NCBI GenBank assembly: GCA_902628085.1
Contig: CACOLO010000005.1
Location: 35,368-99,367 of the forward strand
Length of the DNA stretch: 64,000 nt
Origin: an uncultured SAR86 cluster bacterium
GTDB taxonomy: Bacteria; Pseudomonadota; Gammaproteobacteria; Magnimaribacterales; D2472
Reading direction: 5' to 3'
Positions 27,373 through 38,661 of this stretch are shown one piece after another (the stretch's first letter is position 1; every line of letters starts with the position of its first letter). Made by a program: the position numbers and the translations under genes. The notes below the pieces were generated by a model. It searched no databases and was not told the DNA's origin. It worked only from the letters and a program-made list of their open reading frames with translations.

Positions 27373-29271
27373 ATGCGAGATTTTTCATACTGGCTTAGAA
27401 ATTTATCTAGAAGAAACAAAATAGTAACTTTAGTACTTGCAGATTGCTTAATTGCTTTCCTGTGCTGGGTAGTTTTTGGCCCACCTTTTTCGTTATTGAT
27501 CGCCACTGATTTTAAAAGAACACTTTTTGATTTAATTTCATCTAACATAATCAGTTTTTTAATTCCCTTTATATTAACTTTTGTATATTTTTACCTTTCT
27601 GGATTCTACAGATCATTAATGAAATTTTTTGACTCAAAAGATTCAATATTTAGAGCAATGATAGGATCATTTATATTTGGATTTACATGGGGATTAATAT
27701 ACTTGTCACAGTATGAAGTTATTAGAACGAGCTATTTAACAACAGTAATGCTTCAATCCTTATTGTTATCGTCTGTATTCTATGCTTTTTTACAAATTTC
27801 AAGAGATATAGCCAGATTACTAATTTATCCCTCAAGGGATAAATTAGATGCAAAACCGATCCTAATTTATGGTGCAGGAACAGCAGGAAATGAGCTTTAT
27901 CAATCTATTCAACAAAATCCAAATATTAAGGTGGTGGGGTTTTTTGATAATTCTTTCAAATTAAAGGGTGCTTCCATAAATAACATCAAGATTTATGGTA
28001 AACAAAAACACATTAAGAATTTATCAGAAGAATACCCTGGTCTGGAAATATATTTAGCAATTCCAAGTCTAAGCATTAGCGAGAGAAGAAAAATAATAAG
28101 CAGTCTCGAAAAATATAAAATTGCAGTAAGAAGTATCCCAGCACTTCATGAAATTGTCGCAAACGAAAAGAAAATGGCAGAAATTCAGGATTTATCAATA
28201 GATGATATTTTACCAAGGCCAAGAGTAAAAAAACCCGAAATAGATTTTGGTGATACTTCTATAATGATTACTGGAGCTGGAGGCTCGATAGGATCTGAGA
28301 TAGTTAGACAAGTTATTGAAGGGAGACCAAAAAAAATTGTTCTTTATGAAATTTCTGAAATTAATTTATATTCAATAGAATCAGAAGTTAATGCAATTAA
28401 ACAAAGTATGGATGTTTCAACACAAATTGTTGGCATTCTTGGTGATGTTAAAAATCAAAATAGAATGGAAAATATTATTAAAGCACACCAAGTAGACCTC
28501 ATTTATCATGCTGCAGCATACAAACACGTGCCTATTGTTGAATATCATGAAAATATTTCTGAAGGTATTAAAAATAACATTTTTGGGACCCAGTCTGTGT
28601 GCCAGGCATCATTAAATTGTAACGTAAAAAAACTTGTTGTTATTTCTACTGATAAAGCAGTTCGTCCAACAAACATTATGGGCGCATCAAAAAGATTTGC
28701 TGAAATGTTAGTTCAATCAGAAAACGAGTCAAAAAAAGATACTATTTTTTGCATGGTAAGATTCGGCAATGTAATTAATTCATCAGGTTCTGCAATACCT
28801 TTATTTCGTAAGCAAATTTCTAGTGGCGGTCCGGTAACAATTACACATAAAGATGTCACAAGATTTTTTATGACAATTTCTGAAGCATCTAGTCTTGTAA
28901 TTCAAGCTGGCGAGTTTGCAGAGGGAGGTGAAGTTTTTATTCTTGATATGGGCGAACAGGTTAAGATTATTGATTTAGCAAAAAGACTTATTTATTTATC
29001 AGGAAGAAACGTTAGTTACTCGAGCAATAGTGAAGGGATAGAAATTAAAGAAATTGGATTAAGACCAGGAGAAAAATTATATGAAGAATTATTAATCTCT
29101 GGTGAGGAATTAAGCACTCCAAATAACAAAATTTTTAAATCAAATGAAAAATTCCCATCAAAAAATGATTTAATTAAAGCAATAGATTCCTTAAAGGTTG
29201 CAGTTAGCAATGATGACACTAAATCTATAAAATTAATATTAAAAGAATACGTTGAAGGATTTCAAGGATAA
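27373..29271 (+). CDS. Membrane-bound nucleotide-sugar 4,6-dehydratase (CapD/WbpM/PglF family)
   Basis: 632 aa with four N-terminal TM helices, then ITGAGGSIGSE and a YKHV...STDKAV...GASKR SDR catalytic region. Confidence 0.85.
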   Translation: MRDFSYWLRNLSRRNKIVTLVLADCLIAFLCWVVFGPPFSLLIATDFKRTLFDLISSNIISFLIPFILTFVYFYLSGFYRSLMKFFDSKDSIFRAMIGSFIFGFTWGLIYLSQYEVIRTSYLTTVMLQSLLLSSVFYAFLQISRDIARLLIYPSRDKLDAKPILIYGAGTAGNELYQSIQQNPNIKVVGFFDNSFKLKGASINNIKIYGKQKHIKNLSEEYPGLEIYLAIPSLSISERRKIISSLEKYKIAVRSIPALHEIVANEKKMAEIQDLSIDDILPRPRVKKPEIDFGDTSIMITGAGGSIGSEIVRQVIEGRPKKIVLYEISEINLYSIESEVNAIKQSMDVSTQIVGILGDVKNQNRMENIIKAHQVDLIYHAAAYKHVPIVEYHENISEGIKNNIFGTQSVCQASLNCNVKKLVVISTDKAVRPTNIMGASKRFAEMLVQSENESKKDTIFCMVRFGNVINSSGSAIPLFRKQISSGGPVTITHKDVTRFFMTISEASSLVIQAGEFAEGGEVFILDMGEQVKIIDLAKRLIYLSGRNVSYSSNSEGIEIKEIGLRPGEKLYEELLISGEELSTPNNKIFKSNEKFPSKNDLIKAIDSLKVAVSNDDTKSIKLILKEYVEGFQG

Positions 29272-29275
29272 TAAT

Positions 29276-30403
29276 ATGAAAATAAAGAAAACTATCAAAC
29301 TTATAATTTTTATTTTTTGCTCAGTTCCATTAATGTCTAGCGATAAATTAAATGACCTAGTTCTACCTAATGGATTTAAAGCATCTATCTTTGCTAAAGA
29401 TTTGGATTCACCTCGACAGATAACCGAAACGAAAGCTGGCCATATCATTGTCGGATCAAAAAAAGGTAATGAAATTGTCGCTTTATTGGATATTGATAAA
29501 GATGGTAGTTATGAAGAGAAAGTGATTGTCTCAAATAATTTACAAAATCCAACTGGAGTAGCATATAAAGATGGTGCACTTTTTTTTGCTGAAATAGATA
29601 CTGTATGGAGAATTGATAATATTGATCTGTGGTTGAATTCAGATCGTAAGTACCCACCAAAAAAATCTATATATTTAAGCGATTTACCGTCTGAAACATG
29701 GCATGGATTTAAATATATTGATTTTGGTCCTGATGGACACTTGTACATCCCAATTGGGGTTCCTTGTAATATTTGCATAGAACCACAAACTAAAGATCCA
29801 AGATTTGCTGCAATACACAGATATGAAAATGGTGAACTAATTACTGTTGCTGATGGTGTTAGAAATAGTGTAGGCTTTGATTGGCATCCGACAACAAAAA
29901 AGATGTATTTTTCTGATAATGGGAGAGATTGGTTGGGTGATGATTCTCCTTCATGTGAATTAAATGTTATTGAAAAAGATGGTAGTTTTTATGGTTATCC
30001 ATATAAACACGCTAAAGATGTTATTGATCCAGAGTTTGGACATTTAATACCAACACTTGAAAAAAAAATTATCGATCCAATTGCTGAACTTGGTCCTCAT
30101 GTGGCCCCCTTAGGAATTGCTTTTTATGATGGCAATATATTTCCAGAAAAGTATCAAAATAGTGTTTTTGTGGCACTGCATGGCTCATGGAATAAATATA
30201 ATGGTAAGTCCGGTTACAAAGTGATTTTCGTCAAATTAGATGAAGAAGGAAATTATATTAGTCAGGAAGATTTCATCACGGGTTGGCTTCAAGACGAGAA
30301 TGCATGGGGGAGGCCTGTATCACCTTTTATAATGAGTGATGGCTCAATGCTAGTTTCTGATGATAAATTTAATGTTATTTATAAAATAACATACGAAGGT
30401 TGA
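29276..30403 (+). CDS. PQQ-dependent sugar (sorbosone/aldose) dehydrogenase family protein, secreted
   Basis: RNSVGFDWHP...DNGRDWLGDD.P.CEL matches the family. The ATG at 29276 is preceded by AAGGA and gives the signal peptide MKIKKTIKLIIFIFCSVPLMSS. Confidence 0.7.
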   Translation: MKIKKTIKLIIFIFCSVPLMSSDKLNDLVLPNGFKASIFAKDLDSPRQITETKAGHIIVGSKKGNEIVALLDIDKDGSYEEKVIVSNNLQNPTGVAYKDGALFFAEIDTVWRIDNIDLWLNSDRKYPPKKSIYLSDLPSETWHGFKYIDFGPDGHLYIPIGVPCNICIEPQTKDPRFAAIHRYENGELITVADGVRNSVGFDWHPTTKKMYFSDNGRDWLGDDSPSCELNVIEKDGSFYGYPYKHAKDVIDPEFGHLIPTLEKKIIDPIAELGPHVAPLGIAFYDGNIFPEKYQNSVFVALHGSWNKYNGKSGYKVIFVKLDEEGNYISQEDFITGWLQDENAWGRPVSPFIMSDGSMLVSDDKFNVIYKITYEG

Positions 30404-31159
30404 ATGCCTAAATTAGATATATCAAAAGAAATAAACGTAGCCATTAAAGCTGCACTATTATCTGGAAAACATCTTATAGAAAATAAGACGGAGCTAAATA
30501 AAACCTCATTAAGTGATCAAAGAGACACCAAGCTAAAAGCAGACGTGGCTTCAGAAAATATAATAAAAGAAATTATTAACGAAAGTTCAGATTTTGAGAT
30601 TTTGGCTGAAGAAAGCGGACAATCTTCAGATGATTTAGGAAATACTTTTTGGGTTGTAGATCCTCTTGACGGTACTGCAAACTATAACCGTAATATACCA
30701 ATTTGTTGTATCTCTATTGGCATCATAAAAGACATGAAACCGTTGTTTGGTGTGATTTATGATTTTAATAGTGATGAAATTTATTGTGGTGATTGTGTTA
30801 ACAAAGTAGCGACACTAAACAATACTCCTATTCAAGTGTCAAACATCACCAATAAGAAGGATGGTGTGCTAATAACTGGATTACCTTTCAATACTGATTA
30901 TTCAGACAAATCTTTGAGTAACTTGGTGAAAGATATGCAATCATGGAAAAAAACAAGAATGATTGGATCTGCAGCAATGGCATCATGTTATATAGCCTCA
31001 GGAAAAGCTGAAATTTACAAAGAAAAGGGAATATATCTCTGGGATATATCAGCTGGCGCTGCAATTGTAGAAGCAGCTGGTGGATTGGCTGAAATAAAAA
31101 ACATCAGAGAAAACTATCAAGTTGACGTAATTTTCTCAAATTCAAAAATTAAAGTTTAA
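30404..31159 (+). CDS. Inositol monophosphatase family protein (SuhB/CysQ-like)
   Basis: 251 aa with the WVVDPLDGTANY and WDISAGAAIVEAAGG motifs. Confidence 0.8.
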   Translation: MPKLDISKEINVAIKAALLSGKHLIENKTELNKTSLSDQRDTKLKADVASENIIKEIINESSDFEILAEESGQSSDDLGNTFWVVDPLDGTANYNRNIPICCISIGIIKDMKPLFGVIYDFNSDEIYCGDCVNKVATLNNTPIQVSNITNKKDGVLITGLPFNTDYSDKSLSNLVKDMQSWKKTRMIGSAAMASCYIASGKAEIYKEKGIYLWDISAGAAIVEAAGGLAEIKNIRENYQVDVIFSNSKIKV

Positions 31160-31162
31160 TAT

Positions 31163-32581
31163 ATGAAAAGTTTGGTATGGTTCAGAAATGATCTTAGAAT
31201 GGATGATAATCCTGCCCTGAGAGAAGCATGCAAATTGTCTGAAGAGGTTCATTCAATATATATTTACTCACAAAATCAAAACAAAGAACATAATGAGGCA
31301 AATTGTAAAATAGATTTTTTTATAGAAAATCTTAAGGATCTCGAAGAATCTTTATCAAAAGTAAACATACCTTTAACAATTATTAATTCTGATGGTTTTG
31401 ATGATAACCCAAGAATTATTAACAAATATATTGAAAATAATTCAATTGAAATGGTTTTTTGGAATAATCAGTTTGGTGCAGATGAAATAGATCGTGATGA
31501 ATCTGTAAAAGATTTCTTACAAAACAAAAGTATTGAGATAAAAACATTTGATGAGCAAGTTGTTTTTGAACCAGGATCAATATTAACTGGAGAGGGAAGA
31601 CCTTACTCAGTTTTTACGCCATTTAAAAGAAAATGGATTGAAAAATTCACTTTAGATTTACTCGATATTGAATTCAAATACACAGAAAAAAAATTAACAA
31701 AAATTAAATCAAATATTAATGATTTTAATTTTGATTTCCAAAAAACTCATTCAGTAGATATGTCACTTTGGCCCATTGGAGAACGCGAAGCTCAAATGAG
31801 ACTTCACTCATATCTAGATAAGAATATTTTTAAATATGCACAAGATAGGAATGATCCAATAATTGATGGAACTAGCAGACTGTCCGCATACCTAGCCTCA
31901 GGCATCATTTCACCAAAAAGATGCATATTAGAAGCACTAAAGTTAAATAATTTTGAACTAGATTCTGGTGAAAAAGGAATTGTTAAGTGGATTGATGAGA
32001 TTATTTGGAGGGAATTTTATAAAAATATAATGTTTTCTTTTCCAAAAGTTAGCAGAGGCCAACCATTTCAAGAATATACTAAAAAAATTAAATGGAGATT
32101 CGATGAAGAGGAATTGAACACGTGGAAATCAGGCAACACAGGATTTCCTATTATTGATGCAGCTATGAAACAACTAACTAGAGAGGGATGGATGCATAAT
32201 AGACTCAGAATGGTTGTTGCTATGTTCTTTACCAAAAATATGCTGCATGATTGGAGGCTAGGAGAGGAATTTTTTATGCAAAATTTAATTGATGGAGACT
32301 TTTCCTCAAATAATGGTGGATGGCAATGGAGTAGCTCAACAGGAACTGATGCTGCCCCTTATTTTAGGATTTTTAATCCATTAACCCAATCTAAAAACTT
32401 TGACTCTAATGGACTCTTTATTAAGAAATACATAAATGAATTAAAAGATCTTGATAATAAAGATATCCATGATCCTGATGAAAGTATCAGAAATCATCTC
32501 AAGTATCCGTCTCAAATGCTTGATCTTAAGCAATCAAGATTGAGAGCAATTGATGCTTTTAATGAGGCAAAAAATACTTAA
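31163..32581 (+). CDS. phrB: Deoxyribodipyrimidine photolyase (class I CPD)
   Basis: 472 aa with WFRNDLRMDDNPAL, GWMHNRLRMVVA and DGDFSSNNGGWQW. Confidence 0.9.
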   Translation: MKSLVWFRNDLRMDDNPALREACKLSEEVHSIYIYSQNQNKEHNEANCKIDFFIENLKDLEESLSKVNIPLTIINSDGFDDNPRIINKYIENNSIEMVFWNNQFGADEIDRDESVKDFLQNKSIEIKTFDEQVVFEPGSILTGEGRPYSVFTPFKRKWIEKFTLDLLDIEFKYTEKKLTKIKSNINDFNFDFQKTHSVDMSLWPIGEREAQMRLHSYLDKNIFKYAQDRNDPIIDGTSRLSAYLASGIISPKRCILEALKLNNFELDSGEKGIVKWIDEIIWREFYKNIMFSFPKVSRGQPFQEYTKKIKWRFDEEELNTWKSGNTGFPIIDAAMKQLTREGWMHNRLRMVVAMFFTKNMLHDWRLGEEFFMQNLIDGDFSSNNGGWQWSSSTGTDAAPYFRIFNPLTQSKNFDSNGLFIKKYINELKDLDNKDIHDPDESIRNHLKYPSQMLDLKQSRLRAIDAFNEAKNT

Positions 32582-32646
32582 TTTTTTCTAGTTATCAATA
32601 TTTCTCTTCTGTATACTGAAAGCTCAAAAAGAGGGGCGTATTTATA

Positions 32647-34326
32647 ATGAGTAGTTATCCAAGTGACTTAGAGATTGCAAGTGCTGCTAATAAAATTTCA
32701 ATTGACAAAGTTGCTGCAACCATTGACATAACTGATAAGGATTTAATTAAATTTGGAGACGATAAAGCTAAAATTTCTTCATCATTGATTGAAAAACTCA
32801 AAAAAAATGAAGATGGGAAGCTAATATTAGTTACTGCAATATCTCCAACACCAGCAGGTGAGGGTAAAACTACTACAAGTGTAGGGTTGGTAGACGGCCT
32901 ATGTCACATTGGAAAAAAAGCAATGATATGTTTGAGAGAGCCTAGCTTGGGCCCATGTTTTGGAATGAAAGGAGGAGCAGCAGGCGGTGGTTATGCTCAA
33001 GTAATTCCTATGACAGATATAAATCTTCATTTCACAGGTGATTTTCACGCGATAGGTGCTGCTCATAATCTTCTATCTGCTTTAATAGATAACCATATTC
33101 ATTGGGATAATCAATTAAACATTGATCCAAGAAGAATCACATGGAAAAGGGTCGTTGATATGAATGATAGATCTCTTAGAGATATCACATGTGGGTTAGG
33201 TGGAACTGGAAATGGCATACCAAGACAAAGTGGTTTTGATATTACGGTTGCTTCTGAAATTATGGCCGTTTTTTGTCTTGCCTCTGATATTAATGACTTA
33301 CAGAAAAGAATTGGAAATATTGTTATTGGTTATACAAAAGATAATGAGCCTGTAAAAGCTAAGCAACTTAAAGCGGATGGAGCAATAACTGCTCTTTTGA
33401 AAGATGCATTTAAACCAAATCTTGTACAAACTTTAGAAAATAATCCTGCATTTATGCATGGTGGTCCATTTGCAAATATTGCACATGGATGTAATTCTGT
33501 TGTCTCTACTAAGACTGCTCTCAAGCTTGCAGATTATGTTGTTACTGAAGCTGGATTTGGCGCTGATCTTGGAGCAGAAAAGTTTTTTGATATTAAATGT
33601 AGAAAATCTGCTTTAAAACCAGATGCTGTTGTTTTAGTTGCTACGACAAAGGCTCTTAAAATGCATGGGGGCGTAAAAAAAGAAGAATTGAATAATGAAA
33701 ATATTCAAGCAGTAGTTAAAGGCTGTGATAATCTTGGGAGGCACATTGAAAATATCGGTAAGTTTGGTGTGCCAGTCATTGTCGCAATCAATGATTACGT
33801 TACTGATACAGCAGACGAACATAAACAAATAATTAATTTTTGTAAGAATGTTGGTGTGCAATGCAAAATTTCCTCTCATTGGAAAAAAGGTGGCGAAGGA
33901 GCAGCTGATTTAGCAAATGAAGTAGCAAAAATTGCTGATTCAAACTCTGCTGAATTTAAAACTCTCTATCCAGATAATATGAGTCTGTGGGACAAAACCG
34001 AACATATTGCAAAAAATATTTACGGAGCTGCTGAAATAATTGCTGATAAAAAAGTAAGAAATCAATTTTTAAAACTCGAAAAAGATGGCTTTGGTGACTA
34101 TCCAGTTTGTATGGCAAAAACACAATATAGTTTTTCCACTGATCCTTTATTAATGGGAGCACCAAAAGGACATGAAGTTCCTATACGAGAAGTAAGATTA
34201 TCTGCAGGTGCTGAATTTATTGTGGTAGTTTGTGGAGAAATAATGACTATGCCAGGATTGCCGAGAGTGCCTTCAGCTGAAGCAATTGGTTTAGATGAGA
34301 ATAACGAAATAAAAGGACTATTCTAA
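32647..34326 (+). CDS. fhs: Formate--tetrahydrofolate ligase
   Basis: 559 aa with [28 protein letters not shown] and a terminal ..GLF. Confidence 0.95.
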   Translation: MSSYPSDLEIASAANKISIDKVAATIDITDKDLIKFGDDKAKISSSLIEKLKKNEDGKLILVTAISPTPAGEGKTTTSVGLVDGLCHIGKKAMICLREPSLGPCFGMKGGAAGGGYAQVIPMTDINLHFTGDFHAIGAAHNLLSALIDNHIHWDNQLNIDPRRITWKRVVDMNDRSLRDITCGLGGTGNGIPRQSGFDITVASEIMAVFCLASDINDLQKRIGNIVIGYTKDNEPVKAKQLKADGAITALLKDAFKPNLVQTLENNPAFMHGGPFANIAHGCNSVVSTKTALKLADYVVTEAGFGADLGAEKFFDIKCRKSALKPDAVVLVATTKALKMHGGVKKEELNNENIQAVVKGCDNLGRHIENIGKFGVPVIVAINDYVTDTADEHKQIINFCKNVGVQCKISSHWKKGGEGAADLANEVAKIADSNSAEFKTLYPDNMSLWDKTEHIAKNIYGAAEIIADKKVRNQFLKLEKDGFGDYPVCMAKTQYSFSTDPLLMGAPKGHEVPIREVRLSAGAEFIVVVCGEIMTMPGLPRVPSAEAIGLDENNEIKGLF

Positions 34327-34390
34327 TAAATACTATCTAGTTCATTTATTAGTATTTAGTTATAATTTTATTCTATTTTTGGAGATTAAT

Positions 34391-35809
34391 ATGAACAATG
34401 ATTTAAAGTTCTATATCAATGGTGAGTGGGTAAAGTCAGAATCAAATGAATTAATTGACGTCATAAATCCAGCAACTGAAGAAGTTATTGGACAAGTTAC
34501 CGCTGGCACGAAAGAAGATATTGATAAAGCTGTATCAGCCGCATTAGAAGCTTTTTCTACTTTTCAACAAACTACAAAAGAACAAAGAATAGAACTTCTC
34601 AATAACATAATTAGTGAGTATGAAAATAGATATGATGATTTTGTTCAAATTATCACAAAAGAAATGGGTGCTCCAATATGGTTATCTGAAGCTGCTCAGG
34701 CCAAAACAGGAATAAAAAATATTCATGAAACTTTAGATGCGCTGAGAGATTATGAATTTGAAAGGCCTGAAGGTGACTATACTTTAATTAAAGAACCTAT
34801 TGGTGTAATAGGCATGATAACTCCATGGAACTGGCCTATGAACCAAATAACAACTAAAGTGTCTGCAGCTTTAGCAGCAGGTTGCACGATGGTTTTAAAG
34901 CCGAGTGAGATATCACCTTATTGTGCAATGCTTTTAGCAGAAGTGTTTGACAAGGCTGGTGTGCCAAATGGAGTATTCAATGTTGTAAATGGATATGGTC
35001 CTACTGTTGGTGCAGCGCTTTCCGAACATCCAGATGTGGCTATGATGTCATTTACTGGTTCAACCAGAGCGGGAATTGCTGTAGCCCAAGCTTCTGCAGT
35101 TTCAGTAAAGCGTGTTCATCAGGAATTAGGTGGAAAATCATCGAATATAATTCTTGATGATGTTGCTGACATAGAAAAATCTGTTAAAGGTGGAGCAGGA
35201 CATTGTTTTTTAAATTCAGGTCAATCTTGTAATGCTCCAACAAAAATGTTGGTATCTGCTAAGAATTACGATAAAGCAGTAGAGATTGCAGTTGCTACTG
35301 CAAACAATACAACCGTTGGAGATCCTAATGGTGAATTTAGAATTGGACCAATTGCAAATAAAACTCAGTACGAAAAGATTATTAAATTGATCGAAATAGG
35401 TATTGAAGAGGGTGCAACGCTAGTTGCAGGAGGAGTTGAAAAGCCTGAAGGATGTGAGAAAGGTTATTACGTGAGACCAACAGTTTTTGCAAATGTAACA
35501 AATGATATGACGATAGCTAAAGAAGAAATATTTGGTCCTGTTTTGGTAATGATTAAATATGAAAGTGAAGATGAAGCAATTTCTGTTGCGAATGATACGG
35601 AATATGGTCTTGCAGGTTACGTTCAAGGAGAGCCTAAGCATGCAAGGGAAGTTGCAGGAAAAATTCGAGCTGGTCAAGTAATCATAAATGGTGGCGCAAG
35701 AGGAACAGGAGCTCCTTTTGGTGGCTACAAAGCTTCAGGAAATGGAAGAGAGCATGGCATTCATGGTCTAGAAGAATGCTTAGAAACAAAGGCTATTATC
35801 GCTCCTTAG
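34391..35809 (+). CDS. NAD(P)-dependent aldehyde dehydrogenase
   Basis: It has FTGST, ELGGKS and the catalytic GQSCNA. The ATG at 34391 is preceded by GGAG; the track start at 34379 is a TTG inside that RBS. Confidence 0.9.
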   Translation: MNNDLKFYINGEWVKSESNELIDVINPATEEVIGQVTAGTKEDIDKAVSAALEAFSTFQQTTKEQRIELLNNIISEYENRYDDFVQIITKEMGAPIWLSEAAQAKTGIKNIHETLDALRDYEFERPEGDYTLIKEPIGVIGMITPWNWPMNQITTKVSAALAAGCTMVLKPSEISPYCAMLLAEVFDKAGVPNGVFNVVNGYGPTVGAALSEHPDVAMMSFTGSTRAGIAVAQASAVSVKRVHQELGGKSSNIILDDVADIEKSVKGGAGHCFLNSGQSCNAPTKMLVSAKNYDKAVEIAVATANNTTVGDPNGEFRIGPIANKTQYEKIIKLIEIGIEEGATLVAGGVEKPEGCEKGYYVRPTVFANVTNDMTIAKEEIFGPVLVMIKYESEDEAISVANDTEYGLAGYVQGEPKHAREVAGKIRAGQVIINGGARGTGAPFGGYKASGNGREHGIHGLEECLETKAIIAP

Positions 35810-35810
35810 A

Positions 35811-36620
35811 TTAATCTAATAAATCTGGTTGCATTTTTATAATCTTATCAAAGGCAGGTTGGTAACTTGCCCATGCAGCAATATCATTTGCTATAAATTC
35901 TCTTGTTTTAATGGCTGTTTCGTGAGGAATAACTACTGGTTTACCAGCTGCCTCAGCCATTAATTGTGCTTGGCAACATCTTTCCATTGACATATAAAAC
36001 CAAAGAGCAATGTCGACAGAGGGACCAGTTGTTAATATTCCATGATTCTGAAGAATAGCTACTTTTTTTTCTCCTAAAGCTTTCGCAATTTCATCACCTT
36101 CATCTACTTCTTCGACCACACCTGAGAAATCTTTATAGATACCCTGATTTTCGTAAAAAGCACAAGCATCTTGTGAAATAGGATCAAGGAGTTTCCCAAG
36201 TGTTGAAAAAGTTCTTCCGTAAATAGAATGAGAATGTGCTGCAGCATTAACATCTGGCCTTGCTTTGTGTAACCTAGAATGTATAGCAAATGCTGCTACG
36301 TTTACATCACGATCGCCTTGGACAACTTTACCGTCATGATTCACAAGCAAGAGATCTGAAACAGATATCTGCGAAAAATGAACACCTAGAGGATTAACCC
36401 AAAAATGATCTTGGAATTCAGGATCTCTATACGTTATATGACCAGCTACTCCCTCATTAAATCCAAAATAATCAAATAGTCGAAATCCAGCTGCTAACTT
36501 TTCAAGTTGATTTCTTCTTTCTTCTGCAGGATTAGCAAATTCTTGAAAAACTAAACCTTTATCTTTAATAGGAAGTCTTCCGTCAGTTGTATCTATTTTA
36601 ATTGGCGCAACATTTGACAT
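35811..36620 (-). CDS. Class II aldolase/adducin-family protein
   Basis: It has GHITYRDP and a metal-binding AAHSHS region. The ATG at 36620 is preceded by GGAG; the longer track N-terminus has no support. Confidence 0.8.
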   Translation of the reverse strand: MSNVAPIKIDTTDGRLPIKDKGLVFQEFANPAEERRNQLEKLAAGFRLFDYFGFNEGVAGHITYRDPEFQDHFWVNPLGVHFSQISVSDLLLVNHDGKVVQGDRDVNVAAFAIHSRLHKARPDVNAAAHSHSIYGRTFSTLGKLLDPISQDACAFYENQGIYKDFSGVVEEVDEGDEIAKALGEKKVAILQNHGILTTGPSVDIALWFYMSMERCCQAQLMAEAAGKPVVIPHETAIKTREFIANDIAAWASYQPAFDKIIKMQPDLLD

Positions 36621-36679
36621 AGTTTTTATTCTCCAAAGCTCTTTAGTGTTAAAATAGCTTATCAAATTAAGAAACAAAT

Positions 36680-38071
36680 ATGAAATTTAGAACTGAAAAA
36701 GATAGCCTTGGAGAAGTTAAGGTTCCAGCAAAAGCTTTATGGGGTGCTCAAACTCAAAGAGCTGTAAATAACTTTCCAATCAGTGGCATAAAAATGGATT
36801 TTCCTTTCACGAAATCTTTTGTATCTTCTCTTGGTCTTATTAAAGATGCAGCTGCTAGAGCAAATTTGAGACTTAAACTAATTTCTACAAAAAAATCTAA
36901 AGCTATTTCTAGAGCAGCAAAAGAAGTATGGAAAGAAAAGCATCATAAAGAATTTCCAATTGATGTCTTTCAAACAGGTTCTGGAACAAGTTCTAACATG
37001 AATGCAAATGAAGTAATTGCAAATTTAGCATCAAGATATTCAAAGTTAGATATTAATCCAAACGACGATGTAAATATGTCACAAAGCAGTAACGATGTAA
37101 TACCCACAGCAATTAAATTAAGTGCAATCATGGATCTTGATGGAAAGTTGTTCCCTGCTTTAGATGAGTTGATTGATAGTATTGAAAAAAAGGCTAAATC
37201 ACTTGAAGGAGTTATAAAAACAGGAAGAACTCACTTAATGGATGCTATGCCAATTGATTTTTCTGAAGAACTTGGAGCTTGGGCCAGTCAATTAAGTGCT
37301 TCAAAAGAAATGCTTAGGACTATTGAAAAAAGATTTTTTGAATTGCCCCAAGGAGGAACTGCTGTAGGCAGTGGAATTAATGCTCATAAAAACTTTTCTA
37401 AATATTTTGCTCAAGAGTTATCTAAACTTTGTAATAGTAAAAAGAGATTTTCGCCGAGTAAGAACTTTTATCACGAATTAAGTGCACAAGATTGCTCGGT
37501 TCAGCTTTCTGGCGAACTTAAAAATCTAGCAATAGTTTTAATGAAAATATCCAACGATTTAAGATGGATGAATAGCGGGCCACTGGCTGGTATGTCTGAG
37601 ATAGAATTAAAGGCACTTCAACCAGGTAGCAGCATAATGCCGGGAAAAGTTAATCCAGTAATTCCGGAAGCAGTCGCAATGGCTTCAGCAGATGTGATTG
37701 GTAATGATGTTTCTATTACAGTGGCAGCACAATCAGGAAGTTTTCAGTTAAATGTTATGTTGCCTGTAATTGCTTACAATCTCCTTAAAAGTATTAATCT
37801 CATTGCGGGTTCAATGAAAGCACTTTCAAAAAATGCTATCAAAAATTTTAAAGTTAATGAAAAGAATTTGGTATCATCACTATCTAAAAATCCAATTCTT
37901 GTCACTGCATTAAATCCTATTATCGGATATGAAAAAGCTGCAGAGATTGCAAAAAAAGCTTATAAAGAAAATCGACCTATTATTGAAGTTGCTGCACAAG
38001 AAACGGACCTATCTAAAGCAAAGTTATTAAAATTACTTGATCCTAAAAAACTTGCTAAGGGCGGAATTTAA
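36680..38071 (+). CDS. fumC: Class II fumarate hydratase
   Basis: 463 aa with EKDSLGEVKVPAKALWGAQTQR, QTGSGTSSNMNANEV and the signature GSSIMPGKVNP. Confidence 0.85.
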   Translation: MKFRTEKDSLGEVKVPAKALWGAQTQRAVNNFPISGIKMDFPFTKSFVSSLGLIKDAAARANLRLKLISTKKSKAISRAAKEVWKEKHHKEFPIDVFQTGSGTSSNMNANEVIANLASRYSKLDINPNDDVNMSQSSNDVIPTAIKLSAIMDLDGKLFPALDELIDSIEKKAKSLEGVIKTGRTHLMDAMPIDFSEELGAWASQLSASKEMLRTIEKRFFELPQGGTAVGSGINAHKNFSKYFAQELSKLCNSKKRFSPSKNFYHELSAQDCSVQLSGELKNLAIVLMKISNDLRWMNSGPLAGMSEIELKALQPGSSIMPGKVNPVIPEAVAMASADVIGNDVSITVAAQSGSFQLNVMLPVIAYNLLKSINLIAGSMKALSKNAIKNFKVNEKNLVSSLSKNPILVTALNPIIGYEKAAEIAKKAYKENRPIIEVAAQETDLSKAKLLKLLDPKKLAKGGI

Positions 38072-38073
38072 AA

Positions 38074-38412
38074 TTGGAAAATGATCTTACTAAAAATCGC
38101 TGTGAGGCATGTAGGATAGACGCTCCAGTTTTAACTGATAAAGAAATTGAACAATTGCTCCCTCAAATACCATCATGGATTGTTTCTGAACAAGATGGGA
38201 TAAAGAAATTAATTTGTTCATATGCTTTTTTAAATTATGAAGATTCAGTTAAATTTACAAATGAAGTTGCAAATCTAGCCGAACAAGAAGATCATCATCC
38301 TGAAATCATACTTGAATGGGGTAAAGTTACAGTTGTATGGTGGTCTCATAAGATAATGGGATTACATAAAAATGACTTTATTTGTGCTGCGAAAACAGAT
38401 TCAATTCTTTAA
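38074..38412 (+). CDS. phhB: 4a-hydroxytetrahydrobiopterin (pterin-4a-carbinolamine) dehydratase
   Basis: 112 aa with a TTG start and the motif EDHHPEIILEWGKVTVVWWSH. Confidence 0.85.
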   Translation: MENDLTKNRCEACRIDAPVLTDKEIEQLLPQIPSWIVSEQDGIKKLICSYAFLNYEDSVKFTNEVANLAEQEDHHPEIILEWGKVTVVWWSHKIMGLHKNDFICAAKTDSIL

Positions 38413-38433
38413 TACTACTTTGAAAACTTAAAG

Positions 38434-38661
38434 ATGGAACAAAATGAAAAGCCGTTTCAATTTTTAGCATGGATAGCAACATTCATTCTTATTTTAGCTG
38501 CTATTCTTGCTAGTTTTGTTCCTGCCCTTGAATATCATCATTGGGCATTTATATTGGCAAATTCATTATGGGTTCTAGTCGGATTTCTGTGGAAGGAGAT
38601 GTCGCTAATAGTTCTAAATGCAGGCCTAACGATAATATATATTTTTGGACTTATTTTATAA
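38434..38661 (+). CDS. Small hydrophobic membrane protein (2-3 TM helices), unknown function
   Basis: 75-aa ORF made almost entirely of TM segments. No family recognised. Its 3' end overlaps the convergent permease by 6 nt. Confidence 0.4.
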   Translation: MEQNEKPFQFLAWIATFILILAAILASFVPALEYHHWAFILANSLWVLVGFLWKEMSLIVLNAGLTIIYIFGLIL

